Program-made: the position numbers and the translations under genes | Notes under the pieces: generated by a model | What the model saw: the letters and a program-made list of their open reading frames with translations, nothing else | The model's database searches: none | Told to the model about the DNA's origin: nothing | NCBI GenBank assembly: GCA_051252135.1 | Contig: JBPOGH010000002.1 | Location: forward strand, 322,153-386,152 | Source: Verrucomicrobiaceae bacterium | GTDB lineage: Bacteria; Verrucomicrobiota; Verrucomicrobiia; Verrucomicrobiales; Akkermansiaceae | Reading direction: 5' to 3' | Length of the DNA: 64,000 nucleotides | In this document: in pieces, positions 9,551 through 19,526 of the stretch | Layout of the letters: each line of letters begins with the position of its first letter | Position numbering within the stretch: position 1 is the first letter of the stretch

Positions 9551-10224
9551 ACGTCGGCGACGAGATAACCTACTCCCCGCACGGTTTCAATGAGTGAACC
9601 GGAGTCACCGAGTTTTTGGCGGAGGCGTTTCATGTGGGTGTCGAGGGTGCGGCTATGGGCGTCATCGCTGTAGCCCCAGACGGCACGGAGGAGTTCGTTG
9701 CGGTCCTGGGGTTGTCCGGCGCGTTGAGAGAGGTAGAGGAGGAGCTTGAACTCGGTTGAGGTGAGGCTGACGGGTTCTTCGTCGAGGTAGAAGGTGAGGT
9801 TGTTTTTATCGAAGATGAAGGGGCCGTGGGTGAAGTGGAGGGTGGCGGGGGTGGCGTGATTCCGCTTGAGGATGGCCTTGGTTCTGAGGACGAGTTCCTT
9901 GGGGCTGAAGGGTTTGGTGAGGTAGTCGTCGGCGCCCTTTTCGAGGCCGAGGATGCGGTCTTCAATCTGGCTCTTGGCGGTGAGCATGAGGACGGGGATG
10001 GCATGGGTGCGGGTGTCCCGCTGCATTTCCTTGAGGACCTGGTAGCCATCGAGGCGGGGGAGCATGAGGTCGAGGATGACGAGGTCGGGCTGGCTTTTGA
10101 GGGCGATTTTTAAGCCTTCGGCGCCGTCGTGAGCGATGTCGACTCCGAATCCTTCCCGCTGGAGGTTGAAGGAGATGAGTTCGGCGATATCGACTTCGTC
10201 TTCGACGATGAGAATGTTCTGCAT
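9547..10224 (-). CDS. phoB: OmpR/PhoB-family response regulator
   Basis: ILIVEDE, LDLMLP, GADDYLTKPFSPKEL, SRTLDTHMKRLRQKL; overlaps phoR start. Confidence 0.85.
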   Translation of the reverse strand: MQNILIVEDEVDIAELISFNLQREGFGVDIAHDGAEGLKIALKSQPDLVILDLMLPRLDGYQVLKEMQRDTRTHAIPVLMLTAKSQIEDRILGLEKGADDYLTKPFSPKELVLRTKAILKRNHATPATLHFTHGPFIFDKNNLTFYLDEEPVSLTSTEFKLLLYLSQRAGQPQDRNELLRAVWGYSDDAHSRTLDTHMKRLRQKLGDSGSLIETVRGVGYLVADV

Positions 10225-10272
10225 GATGGCCTCTGTATGAATCACCGGTTTTTCCATCATCTCACCTGTTGG

Positions 10273-10293
10273 TTTGTGACAATATCGTAACCT
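10273..10293 (-). promoter_or_regulatory. Pho-box-like direct repeat
   Basis: Minus strand GTTAC-GATATT-GTCAC, 11-nt period, about 50 nt upstream of the phoB-like start. Confidence 0.55.
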
Positions 10294-10376
10294 GTGGTGG
10301 GGGGAAGGCGAGAGCGGAGACAAAGTTCAAATTTTTTTGAACCAAACCATGAGCTGTGATAGAATCGGGACGAAAC

Positions 10377-11702
10377 ATGGCAGAGCTTTTCGGGACAGAC
10401 GGCATCCGCGGGGTGGCGAACGAATATCCAATCACGCCGGAGATCGCGCTGCGAGTGGGTCGGGCGGTGGCCCGGGTGCTTAAAGCGCGAAAGGTGGTGA
10501 TTGGGCGGGATACGCGGGCGAGTGGTCCGATGCTTGAGTCGGCGCTGACGAGTGGTTTGGTGAGTGATGGGGCCGATGTGATCTCGGTGGGCGGGGTGCC
10601 GACACCGGCAATTCCCTTTTTGATCAAGGAGCTTGAGGCGGATGCGGGGGTGATGTTGACGGCTTCGCACAATCCGTTCACGGACAACGGGATCAAGATT
10701 TTTGGGGGTGACGGTTACAAGCTCAATAACGATCTGGAGCTGGCGGTGGAGTCGCTTATTTTGGGAGAGCGTCTGCAACCCCAGGCGGTGAATGTGGGTG
10801 GGGTGGTGCATCTGAGTGATGGAATTGATCGCTTTGTGGAATTTACGAAGAAGGCGGTGGGTGAGATTTCGCTGGAAGGGCTGAAGATTGTGATGGATTG
10901 CGCGCATGGCGCGGGATACGCGGCTGCTCCGCGGATTCTGCGGGAGCTTGGTGCGGAAGTGGTGGCCTTTGGGGATGCACCCAACGGGAGAAATATCAAC
11001 GAAGGGTGTGGTTCGATGCATCCTGCGAAGGCGGTGGATCTGGTGAGAGGGTATGGGGCGGATATTGGGATCTGTCTGGATGGTGATGCGGATCGTGTGT
11101 TGTTTCTCGATGAGGAGGGGGAGGTGATCAATGGAGACAGGATACTTTGCCTCTGTGCCAAGGAGATGCACAAGCGCGGCAAGCTGAAAGGGGGGGCATT
11201 GGTGGCAACGGTGATGAGCAATTTGGGGTTGCGGGATTCTTTGGAGAAGGACGGCATTCAATTGGAGCTTACAGGGGTGGGGGATCGTCTTGTTCTTGAG
11301 AGGATGAGGGAGAGGAATCTGAGCCTGGGCGGTGAGAATTCGGGCCACATCATTTTCGCTGATTTTGCTACGACGGGAGATGGGATTTTGTCGGCTCTCA
11401 TGGTGCTGAGCTTCATGCGCGAGTCCGGTAAGAAATTGTCCGAACTGGTTGATTGCATGAGCGAATATCCACAGAAGATGATCAATATTCCGGTGAAGAA
11501 AAAGCCACCTCTCGAAGAGGTTCCCTCCATTGTTGAGGCGATGAAATCGGCCGAGTTGGCCCTGGGGAGTCTCGGGCGGATTCTGGTTCGTTATTCGGGA
11601 ACTGAGAAGAAGTTGCGGGTGTTGGTGGAGGCAAAGGACGCCCAGCTTGCGGAGTTTCACTGCAAGGCGATTGTGGCAGCCGCTGAACGGGCGATTGGAT
11701 AG
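10377..11702 (+). CDS. glmM: Phosphoglucosamine mutase
   Basis: FGTDGIRG, TASHNP, DGDADR, GGENSGH, RYSGTE. Confidence 0.95.
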   Translation: MAELFGTDGIRGVANEYPITPEIALRVGRAVARVLKARKVVIGRDTRASGPMLESALTSGLVSDGADVISVGGVPTPAIPFLIKELEADAGVMLTASHNPFTDNGIKIFGGDGYKLNNDLELAVESLILGERLQPQAVNVGGVVHLSDGIDRFVEFTKKAVGEISLEGLKIVMDCAHGAGYAAAPRILRELGAEVVAFGDAPNGRNINEGCGSMHPAKAVDLVRGYGADIGICLDGDADRVLFLDEEGEVINGDRILCLCAKEMHKRGKLKGGALVATVMSNLGLRDSLEKDGIQLELTGVGDRLVLERMRERNLSLGGENSGHIIFADFATTGDGILSALMVLSFMRESGKKLSELVDCMSEYPQKMINIPVKKKPPLEEVPSIVEAMKSAELALGSLGRILVRYSGTEKKLRVLVEAKDAQLAEFHCKAIVAAAERAIG

Positions 11703-11705
11703 ATT

Positions 11706-12377
11706 ATGAATGACGGGAGATTCCAGCTGTGGCCGCTTTCGGGAGAGAGGGACGAATTATTTGTGGCGGGAAAGTCGCTGGGGGAATGGGAGGAGGAGTT
11801 GGGGCGGACCTTTGAGGTGACCTATCCGTGGGACCTTTTGGCGGTGAATGAGGCAATCATTTCAGAGATTTGCGATTGGCCCGGTCATGAATTGATTCAG
11901 TTGGGAGATGATTCCCGAGTGATCGTGGGAGAGGGAACGAAGATTCTGCCGGGGGTTTATGTGGAAGGGAGTGTGATCATTGGTCGTGATTGTAAGATTG
12001 GACCCAATTGTTATTTGCGGGGTTCCACGACGATTGGTGATAGCTGTCATGTGGGGCAGGCGGTGGAGGTGAAGAATTCCATTCTTGGGCATGGAACCTC
12101 GGTGGGTCATTTGAGCTATGTGGGTGACAGTGTGCTGGGGGCGAAGGTGAATTTTGGAGCGGGCACGATCACTTCGAACCTGCGTCACGATGGTGCGAAT
12201 CACCGGTCGGCGGTGGCGGGAGGGTTGAGGGATACGGGTCGTCGCAAGTTGGGAGTGATTATCGGCGCTGGTGTTCACACCGGAATCAATACAAGTTTTT
12301 ACCCCGGCCGGAAACTTGGTCCGGGAACTTCCACGCTCCCCGGGGAGATCGTGAGTCACGACATTCAGGAATCATAA
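11706..12377 (+). CDS. GlmU-like hexapeptide acetyltransferase domain only
   Basis: YPWDLL, left-handed beta-helix repeats, HLSYVGDS, NFGAGTITSNLRHD, GRRKLG; no nucleotidyltransferase domain. Confidence 0.8.
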   Translation: MNDGRFQLWPLSGERDELFVAGKSLGEWEEELGRTFEVTYPWDLLAVNEAIISEICDWPGHELIQLGDDSRVIVGEGTKILPGVYVEGSVIIGRDCKIGPNCYLRGSTTIGDSCHVGQAVEVKNSILGHGTSVGHLSYVGDSVLGAKVNFGAGTITSNLRHDGANHRSAVAGGLRDTGRRKLGVIIGAGVHTGINTSFYPGRKLGPGTSTLPGEIVSHDIQES

Positions 12378-12381
12378 TATC

Positions 12382-14217
12382 ATGTGCGGAATTGTAGCAT
12401 ACACCGGATCCCAGCCAGCTCTCCCGGTTCTATTAAACGGGCTGCGACGTCTAGAGTACCGCGGGTATGATTCCGCGGGAATCGGAGTGGCGGTTGAGGG
12501 AGGGATTCAAGTGCGCAAGAGTGAGGGGAAGGTCAGCGAATTGGCCGGGTTGCTGGGAGAGGATGATCTGGCGATCAACAATGCCACTTGCGGGATTGCC
12601 CATACCCGGTGGGCGACCCACGGACCACCTACGACGATCAATGCCCACCCGCATGCCGGGGGGAAAAACGGGGTGGTGTTGGTGCACAACGGGATCATTG
12701 AGAATCACCGTTCCTTGCGGGAGCGTTTGACCGGGGAAGGGTATGTTTTTGTTTCTGATACGGACACCGAGGTTCTGGCCCATCTGATTGATTTTTCCTA
12801 CGAGGGTTCACTTCTGAAGGCAGTGATGTCCGCGTTGAAGGAAGTTGAGGGAACCTTTGGTATTGCATGTATGGCTGAAGAGGAGCCCGGGGTGCTGGTG
12901 GTGGCCCGCCGTGGTTCGCCCATTGTGATCGGGTTGGGTGATGGAGAGACGATTGTGGCGTCGGATGCCTCGGCAATTATCAAGCATACCCGGCAGGCGG
13001 TTTATCTTGATGACAACGATGTCGCGCGGATTGAGCAGGGGAAGGTGGATATTTGTTCCCTGGATGCCATGCCGGTATCCCGCCCGGCGTCCGAGATTGA
13101 TTGGTCTTCCGACGCTGCGGAAAAGGGAGGGTTTCAACATTACATGCTCAAAGAGATTTTTGAGCAACCGGAGGCCATCAGGAATACGATTCGGGGTCGG
13201 ATGGATCACGCACGGGGCAACGCGATTCTTTCGGGTCTCAATCTGAGCCCCCGTGAGTTGGCTGACCTTTACCGGGTTCTTATTGTGGGCTGCGGGACCT
13301 CGATGAATGCGGGTCTGGTGGGTGAGTATGCGATAGAAGACTTTGCGGGAGTGTTGGCGGAGGTCGAGCAGGCGGCGGAGTTCCGCTACCGGAATCCGAT
13401 TGTGGGAAGTCGTGATCTGGTGATTGCGATCAGTCAGTCCGGAGAAACCGCGGACACGCTTGCGGCGGTGCGTGAAGCGATCGACAAGGGGGCGCTTGTG
13501 GCGGGGCTCGTCAATACGGTGGGTTCAACGATTGCGCGCGAGACGGCGCGAGGGGTGTTTCTGCATGCCGGGCCGGAAATCAGTGTGGCTTCGACCAAGG
13601 CATTTACGTCGCAGGTGTCGGTCCTTCTCATGATTGCTCTCAAATTTGCCCGTTCACGACGGATGTCGAGAGAGCAGGGGATTCAGTTTGTGAAGGAGAT
13701 TGAAGCGCTTCCGGAATTGGTGGAGCGGGTGCTGGCGAAGAATGATGAGATTGCCAAAGTGGCGGAGCGCTACGTGGATCAGAGCAGTGCGTTTTTCATT
13801 GGAAGGGGGTATATGTATCCTGTGGCTCTGGAAGGGGCGCTCAAGCTGAAGGAGATTTCCTATATTCATGCGGAGGGCTACCATGCTGCTGAGCTGAAGC
13901 ATGGTCCGATCGCACTTTTGGAGGCTTCGGTTCCCGTGATTGCGTTGTGCAACAAGGGGCCGGGGCAGGATAAAACGCTGGGGAACGTTGCGGAGTGTCA
14001 GGCGCGGGATTCGCGAGTGCTGGGAATTGTGACGGAGGGTGACAAGGAAGCCATGGCGACTGTTGATGACTACATTGAAGTGCCCGATTGTCCGCTTCAT
14101 ACGGCGGTGATTCCAAGCACGGTGGCGTTGCAGCTGCTTTCCTACCACATTGCGCGTCTTCGTGGTTGTCCGATTGACCAGCCGCGCAACCTTGCGAAGT
14201 CGGTGACGGTGGAATAG
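12382..14217 (+). CDS. glmS: Glutamine--fructose-6-phosphate transaminase
   Basis: MCGIV, RGYDSAG, HTRWATHG, SQSGETADT, PRNLAKSVTVE. Confidence 0.98.
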   Translation: MCGIVAYTGSQPALPVLLNGLRRLEYRGYDSAGIGVAVEGGIQVRKSEGKVSELAGLLGEDDLAINNATCGIAHTRWATHGPPTTINAHPHAGGKNGVVLVHNGIIENHRSLRERLTGEGYVFVSDTDTEVLAHLIDFSYEGSLLKAVMSALKEVEGTFGIACMAEEEPGVLVVARRGSPIVIGLGDGETIVASDASAIIKHTRQAVYLDDNDVARIEQGKVDICSLDAMPVSRPASEIDWSSDAAEKGGFQHYMLKEIFEQPEAIRNTIRGRMDHARGNAILSGLNLSPRELADLYRVLIVGCGTSMNAGLVGEYAIEDFAGVLAEVEQAAEFRYRNPIVGSRDLVIAISQSGETADTLAAVREAIDKGALVAGLVNTVGSTIARETARGVFLHAGPEISVASTKAFTSQVSVLLMIALKFARSRRMSREQGIQFVKEIEALPELVERVLAKNDEIAKVAERYVDQSSAFFIGRGYMYPVALEGALKLKEISYIHAEGYHAAELKHGPIALLEASVPVIALCNKGPGQDKTLGNVAECQARDSRVLGIVTEGDKEAMATVDDYIEVPDCPLHTAVIPSTVALQLLSYHIARLRGCPIDQPRNLAKSVTVE

Positions 14218-14223
14218 CCGGGT

Positions 14224-14772
14224 CTACAGTGATTCGAGGACCTTGCGGACGGCCGCCGGATAGATTCGGTGTTCGGCTTGCTGGATGCGGGCGTGGAGCG
14301 ATGCGGGGGTGTCGTTGGGGAGGATGGCGACTTTTTCCTGCAGGATGGTTTTTCCGGTGTCCATCCCCGCGTCGACGTAGTGCACGGTGCAGCCGGTTTC
14401 GGCGGCTCCGTCATCGAGGGCCTGACGCCAAGCCTCGAGCCCGGGGTATTTCGGGAGGAGGGAGGGGTGGATGTTGAGGATGCGGTTGGGAAATGCCGAA
14501 AGGAGAGGTTCCTTGATCAGGCGCATGAATCCGGCCAGGCAGATGAGATCGATGTCGCCGAGACGGGTGGCTATTCTGGCGCTCAAATCAGGGCCGCCTA
14601 CCTCTACTGCTGACGCGATGTTGGCGGCTTCCGCTTTTTGAAGAATGCCTGCATGGGGTTGGTCGGAAATGACAAGGGTGATTTGAGCATGCAAGTCCCC
14701 TGATTCGATGGAGTCCAGCAAGGCTGAGAAATTTGATCCCGTTCCCGATCCAAGCACCGCGATTTTCTTCAC
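14224..14772 (-). CDS. purN: Phosphoribosylglycinamide formyltransferase
   Basis: SGTGSNF, LAGFMR, NIHPSLLP, GCTVHYVD.GMDTG; GTG start inferred. Confidence 0.93.
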   Translation of the reverse strand: MKKIAVLGSGTGSNFSALLDSIESGDLHAQITLVISDQPHAGILQKAEAANIASAVEVGGPDLSARIATRLGDIDLICLAGFMRLIKEPLLSAFPNRILNIHPSLLPKYPGLEAWRQALDDGAAETGCTVHYVDAGMDTGKTILQEKVAILPNDTPASLHARIQQAEHRIYPAAVRKVLESL

Positions 14773-14866
14773 GGGCCGAGGAGTAGCGGGATCCCCCGGG
14801 AACTCAATCCTGCAATATCGCAGTATGCCGATTGTTTTTTTCCAAAGGAGCATCTAGCTTCCGGCC

Positions 14867-16060
14867 GTGAGCACCAACACCGTTCCAGATGCCACCGGAC
14901 ACTATGGTCAGTTCGGAGGCTGTTTTGCCCCCGAAACCTTGATGTCGCCTCTTGATGAACTCGCGGCGGCCTATGAGTCAGCCAAGGCGGATCCGACGTT
15001 TCAGGCCGAATTGGATGATCTTTTGCATAATTATTGCGGTCGTCCCACTCCGCTCTACTTTGCGGAGCGTTGGACCGAGAAGCTTGGCGGAGCGAAGATT
15101 TACCTGAAGCGGGAAGATTTGCTGCATACGGGAGCCCATAAGATCAACAATGCGATTGGCCAGATCCTGTTGGCCAAACGGCTGGGGAAGAAGCGCATTA
15201 TTGCCGAGACCGGAGCGGGCCAGCACGGGGTGGCGACGGCAACGGTGTGTGCGCGCTTTGGGATGGACTGCACTGTTTACATGGGAGCGGTCGATATGGA
15301 ACGGCAGGCACTGAATGTGACGCGGATGCGCCTGATGGGTGCCAAGGTGGTGCCGGTCACGGCAGGGCAGGCGACTTTGAAAGAAGCGGTCAACGAATCC
15401 ATGAGGGATTGGGTGGCAACGGTTGAGGATACCCATTATATTTTGGGTTCGGCGCTGGGCCCTCATCCTTTCCCGATGATGGTTCGTGATTTTCATCGGG
15501 TCATCGGGCTGGAGGCACGGGAGCAGATTCTTGAGAAAGAAGGGCGGCTCCCTGAACTTCTGGTGGCCTGTGTTGGAGGAGGCTCCAATGCGATGGGGCT
15601 TTTTCATCCCTTTGTTGAGGATGGCGACGTGAGGATGGTGGGAGTTGAGGCCGGAGGTGAGGGGATTTTCCCCGAGAAGCATGCGGCCCGATTCCAGGGA
15701 GGGAAGCTGGGGGTTCTGCAAGGATCCAAGACGTGGCTTCTCGCGAATGATGACGGGCAGATTGAGCTGACCCATTCGATCAGTGCCGGGCTTGATTATG
15801 CGGCGGTGGGTCCGGAGCATGCCTACCTTCAGGATATTGGTCGTGCGGAATACACCTATGCAACCGATGACGAGGCGTTGGCGGCGTTCCGCGGACTTTC
15901 GGAAATTGAGGGGATTATTCCGGCGCTGGAGAGTTCCCATGCGCTGGCATACGTTTCCAAGGTGGCCTCCGGGATGAAGAAGGAGGAAATCATCATTGTG
16001 AACTTGTCCGGGCGGGGAGACAAGGATGTGGAGCAGGCCTCCAGATTTCTGAAGATGTAG
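14867..16060 (+). CDS. trpB: Tryptophan synthase beta chain
   Basis: [33 protein letters not shown]. Confidence 0.98.
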   Translation: MSTNTVPDATGHYGQFGGCFAPETLMSPLDELAAAYESAKADPTFQAELDDLLHNYCGRPTPLYFAERWTEKLGGAKIYLKREDLLHTGAHKINNAIGQILLAKRLGKKRIIAETGAGQHGVATATVCARFGMDCTVYMGAVDMERQALNVTRMRLMGAKVVPVTAGQATLKEAVNESMRDWVATVEDTHYILGSALGPHPFPMMVRDFHRVIGLEAREQILEKEGRLPELLVACVGGGSNAMGLFHPFVEDGDVRMVGVEAGGEGIFPEKHAARFQGGKLGVLQGSKTWLLANDDGQIELTHSISAGLDYAAVGPEHAYLQDIGRAEYTYATDDEALAAFRGLSEIEGIIPALESSHALAYVSKVASGMKKEEIIIVNLSGRGDKDVEQASRFLKM

Positions 16061-16315
16061 CCGAAAAACCTTGTGAGAGTGGGGTCTGGAAGGTCCAGCT
16101 GCAGAGAAATTTGGAAACAGCTATAATTTAGACTTCTTAAGCACATTGAGGGAAACCTATGAAAATGAACAATTCCGCAGATAATTCAGGAAAAGGCAAA
16201 AATCCCCTTGTCAGTAGGGGGTGCGCCGACCTATCTTGCCTGTGGATTGCCTGCGGAAACTCATTGGTGCTTGCACCATGAACTTCAAATCCAACCAACC
16301 AACCAACTAAAGAAA

Positions 16316-17356
16316 ATGAAAATGAATTCTTTGAAAGCGGTAGCTGCCATCGGCCTTTCGGCCCTTGCGATTGGCTCCGCCGCAGCGCAGGACGCGGCTT
16401 CCAAGCCCGTCGGATATGAGACTCTTGACTACGGTGTCGGCTTTACGCCCGTCGGTCTTCGTCTCCATCAGGCACCTGTCACCTCCGGAGTGATCGCATC
16501 AGCTGATGCCACTTCCATCACCGTCACCGGTGCAGATTTCGGAGCTCTCCTTACGAGCGGCACCGATTACGTCCTTGAGATTGAAAACGCCAATGGTGTG
16601 ATTCAAATTGTCAACACTTGGGCCGGTGAGACCATTACAACTCCTTCCGATCTTTCCGGAGAGGTTGTCGCAGGAACCACGACTTTCACCATTCGTCCAG
16701 TCGCTACTCTCAACTCCGTGTTCGGTTCAAACGACGCCGAGGTGACGATCGCCAAGGGCGGTGGTAACCCAGGAACAGCTGACCAGATTTGGCTTTCCGA
16801 TGGAGCAGGTGGATACAACAAGTATTACTTCGATAGTTTTGCTCCTCCAACATTTGCATCCGCAAGCTGGGCGCAGATTGACGCCGCTGGTGGTTCCGCT
16901 GCCGTTGATGGTGGTGCAATCAACCTCGTCTATGCAGACGGTATCGTGATCAACGCCCAAGCCAGTGGCTCACACGTTGTCACCGGTTCTGTGAAGCTTG
17001 GCGCAACCGAGCTTGAGCTCCAGAGTGGATTCACCTTCGTGAGTTCAGTCGCTCCTGCCGGAGCTACCCTTCAGACTGCGTTCCCCGACGGCGGCACGCT
17101 TGTTCAGGGTGGTGGTAACCCCGGAACTTCTGACCAAATCTGGGTTCAGAATGCAGCCGGTGGATACGACAAGTATTATTTCGATGCCTTCGCTCCTCCA
17201 ACATTCTCAGCTCCAAGCTGGGCGCAGATTGACGCCGCTGGTGGTTCTGCTGCTGTTGACGGTGCTACGGTGAGCCTTCCTGCCGGTTATGTGATCAACT
17301 CACAAGGTGGCGGAAACGTAACCCAAGGTGTTCCTTCTTACTACTCCAGCCTCTAA
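16316..17356 (+). CDS. Exported TIGR02597-like protein with internal duplication
   Basis: Signal peptide ..GSAAA|QD, then KPVGY..GFTPVGL; two GGGNPGT.DQIW...YYFD.FAPPTF repeats. Confidence 0.7.
   Translation: MKMNSLKAVAAIGLSALAIGSAAAQDAASKPVGYETLDYGVGFTPVGLRLHQAPVTSGVIASADATSITVTGADFGALLTSGTDYVLEIENANGVIQIVNTWAGETITTPSDLSGEVVAGTTTFTIRPVATLNSVFGSNDAEVTIAKGGGNPGTADQIWLSDGAGGYNKYYFDSFAPPTFASASWAQIDAAGGSAAVDGGAINLVYADGIVINAQASGSHVVTGSVKLGATELELQSGFTFVSSVAPAGATLQTAFPDGGTLVQGGGNPGTSDQIWVQNAAGGYDKYYFDAFAPPTFSAPSWAQIDAAGGSAAVDGATVSLPAGYVINSQGGGNVTQGVPSYYSSL
16757..17263 (+). repeat. Intragenic 156-nt duplication (16757-16912 and 17108-17263)
   Basis: 52-aa repeat at 351-nt offset, including a 34-nt identical stretch. 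Confidence 0.9.
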
Positions 17357-17398
17357 TTTGAGACCGGGTTAAGATCACTACCAAGAATCTAACAAAAC

Positions 17399-18007
17399 AT
17401 GAAAACCAAACTACTATCGATCACATTCGCACTTGCGGCCTGTGCTCACGCGGCGACTTCGGTCGGTGTCTCCAACTTCAATCTGACCAATTCCTCGGGA
17501 TTGGCGATCGTTGACAACGCTGGTGTTCCTCTTTCGGGAGTTCCATTCGGTGTGGGAAACTTCGCGGGAGCCAACGGTTCTGCTGCGGATATCTCCGCTA
17601 ACTTCAGACCTCTTGCGAACGGAACCACCAGTGGTTCCTTCTTCTCGAATTCTGTTAACGTTACCGCTTCCCCACAGGACTCCTCTGACATCTATGTCGT
17701 TTTCTACGGCATGTCCGATGGAACCGCTGCTGCTGACTTCGCGTCTGCAGAAGAGTTCATCGTGATTCAGGGACCTGGCACCTTCGTCACCGAGGATGCT
17801 ATCCTTGGTGCCAACGTTGCCAACCCAATCCAAGACGGAACCGTGATTTACGGAACCGCTCGCCCAACTGACACCACCAGCCTCAACGGTCCTTTCAAGA
17901 CTGCTCTGGCAAACGGTGTTGCCTTTGGTGGCGCAGCAATTCCTGAGCCTTCCAGCGCTCTTCTGAGCCTTGTTGGTCTTGTGTTCGTTGCACGTCGTCG
18001 TCGCTAA
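17399..18007 (+). CDS. PEP-CTERM surface protein
   Basis: Signal peptide and C-terminal IPEPSSALLSLVGLVFVARRRR. Confidence 0.93.
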   Translation: MKTKLLSITFALAACAHAATSVGVSNFNLTNSSGLAIVDNAGVPLSGVPFGVGNFAGANGSAADISANFRPLANGTTSGSFFSNSVNVTASPQDSSDIYVVFYGMSDGTAAADFASAEEFIVIQGPGTFVTEDAILGANVANPIQDGTVIYGTARPTDTTSLNGPFKTALANGVAFGGAAIPEPSSALLSLVGLVFVARRRR

Positions 18008-18056
18008 TCGCGATTGCGCACGCACAACAACAGACGAATTCATTTTCAATTCTCTC

Positions 18057-18090
18057 ACACCTGCTACCTCACGGTAGCAGGTGTTTTTTT
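18057..18090 (+). terminator. Strong intrinsic terminator
   Basis: ACACCTGCTACC-TCAC-GGTAGCAGGTGT followed by a T-run. Confidence 0.9.
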
Positions 18091-18202
18091 GTTCCGGGTG
18101 GGGTATTATCGGGGTTGAGAACAAGGAGTTGGAGTGGGCTGATTGCTTGAGAGCAGGGTCGATTGCTGGACAATTGGACAGGTTTTACTAAGGCTGGTTT
18201 TG

Positions 18203-18640
18203 ATGTTGGAAGAGGAAGATACGCCGGGGAAGCGTCCGAAGGATTCATTGAGGATAGGTCTGCTGGCGATGTCGTTTTTTATTGTCTGGGGCTTGTGGGT
18301 GAACTGGGAATATGGGTTGGGTCCGCGGATTCAGGTTGCGGTGACCCAGGGTGTGGTGAGTCTGCTTTCCACGATCTTTTCGGCGGAATTGATTGTGTGG
18401 TTGAGTGGACGGCTGGCGGGGCTCGCTTATCCGGTGTTGGCGACCGGAGCGGCAAGCTGGACGGTATTTTACGCACTGATTTGGGGTGCTCACGCGGTTG
18501 CCGGGACTCCGGAGCTTCTGGCTACGATGTTGCCGGGAATGATCACGGGAGTGTTTTTCTGTTTTGGCTACTCGCTTCGGGTAAGGAGATTCACGGGGGT
18601 CCCGGTGAGTCGATCGCCTGCCGATGAGGCTCAGGTGTGA
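18203..18640 (+). CDS. Hypothetical 4-TM membrane protein
   Basis: Four hydrophobic segments; start uncertain. Confidence 0.6.
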   Translation: MLEEEDTPGKRPKDSLRIGLLAMSFFIVWGLWVNWEYGLGPRIQVAVTQGVVSLLSTIFSAELIVWLSGRLAGLAYPVLATGAASWTVFYALIWGAHAVAGTPELLATMLPGMITGVFFCFGYSLRVRRFTGVPVSRSPADEAQV

Positions 18641-18731
18641 GCGAGGTCAAACTTTTGGATGGGCTTGGGGATTCCTCCTCTTGCCTTTCGTCGATTTTGA
18701 ATCAAGTTGCAGGAGTTTTCCGCAGCCTATC

Positions 18732-19508
18732 ATGTTAGTTCTTCTGTCTCCTGCCAAATCTCTCGATTACGAATCCCCTCTGCTGACCAGGAAGCGGACC
18801 AAGCCGCGGATGTTGGATCAGTCGGCGGTGCTGGTCGGGGAGCTCCGGAAGCTATCGGCGAAGAAGCTCGGGGCGTTGATGTCGATCAGTGAGAAGTTGG
18901 CGGAGTTGAATCACGAGCGATATCTATCGTGGGAGCCGGATTGCACGCCAGACAACAGCCGGCAGGCGATTCTGGCGTTCACGGGTGATGTCTATCAGGG
19001 GATGGAGCTTTCCGAGTGGAGTGCGGATGACTTTGCCGCAGCGCAGAAGAAGGTTCGGATTTTGTCGGGTCTGTATGGTGTTTTGCGTCCATTGGATTTG
19101 ATGCAGGCCTATCGACTGGAGATGGGAACGAAGCTCCCGACGAAGAGCGGGAAGAATCTTTATGATTTCTGGGGGACTGCGATCACGGAGGTGCTCAATA
19201 AGGACTTGAAGCAGTCGGGGAGCAAGTGGGTGGTGAACCTTGCGTCGAACGAGTATTTCTCGTCGGTTAAGAAGGGGGAGCTCAAGGGGGAGCTGATTAC
19301 TCCGGTCTTTAAGGATGAAAAGAACGGTAAGTATAAGATCATTTCCTTTTTTGCCAAGAAGGCCCGGGGAATGATGGCGGATTATATTGTGAGGAAGGGA
19401 ATTTTGGACCCGAAGGAACTGAAAAAGTTCAAGACGGGAGGGTATCGCTTCAGTGCGAAGGATTCGACGGCGACGGAGCTGGTCTTCCTGAGAGCCGAGA
19501 AAAAGTAG
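18732..19508 (+). CDS. yaaA: Peroxide stress protein YaaA
   Basis: LLSPAKSLD, FTGDVY, LSGLYGVLRPLD, NLASNEY, AKKARG. Confidence 0.96.
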   Translation: MLVLLSPAKSLDYESPLLTRKRTKPRMLDQSAVLVGELRKLSAKKLGALMSISEKLAELNHERYLSWEPDCTPDNSRQAILAFTGDVYQGMELSEWSADDFAAAQKKVRILSGLYGVLRPLDLMQAYRLEMGTKLPTKSGKNLYDFWGTAITEVLNKDLKQSGSKWVVNLASNEYFSSVKKGELKGELITPVFKDEKNGKYKIISFFAKKARGMMADYIVRKGILDPKELKKFKTGGYRFSAKDSTATELVFLRAEKK

Positions 19509-19526
19509 AGTCCGATCAGCGGGATT

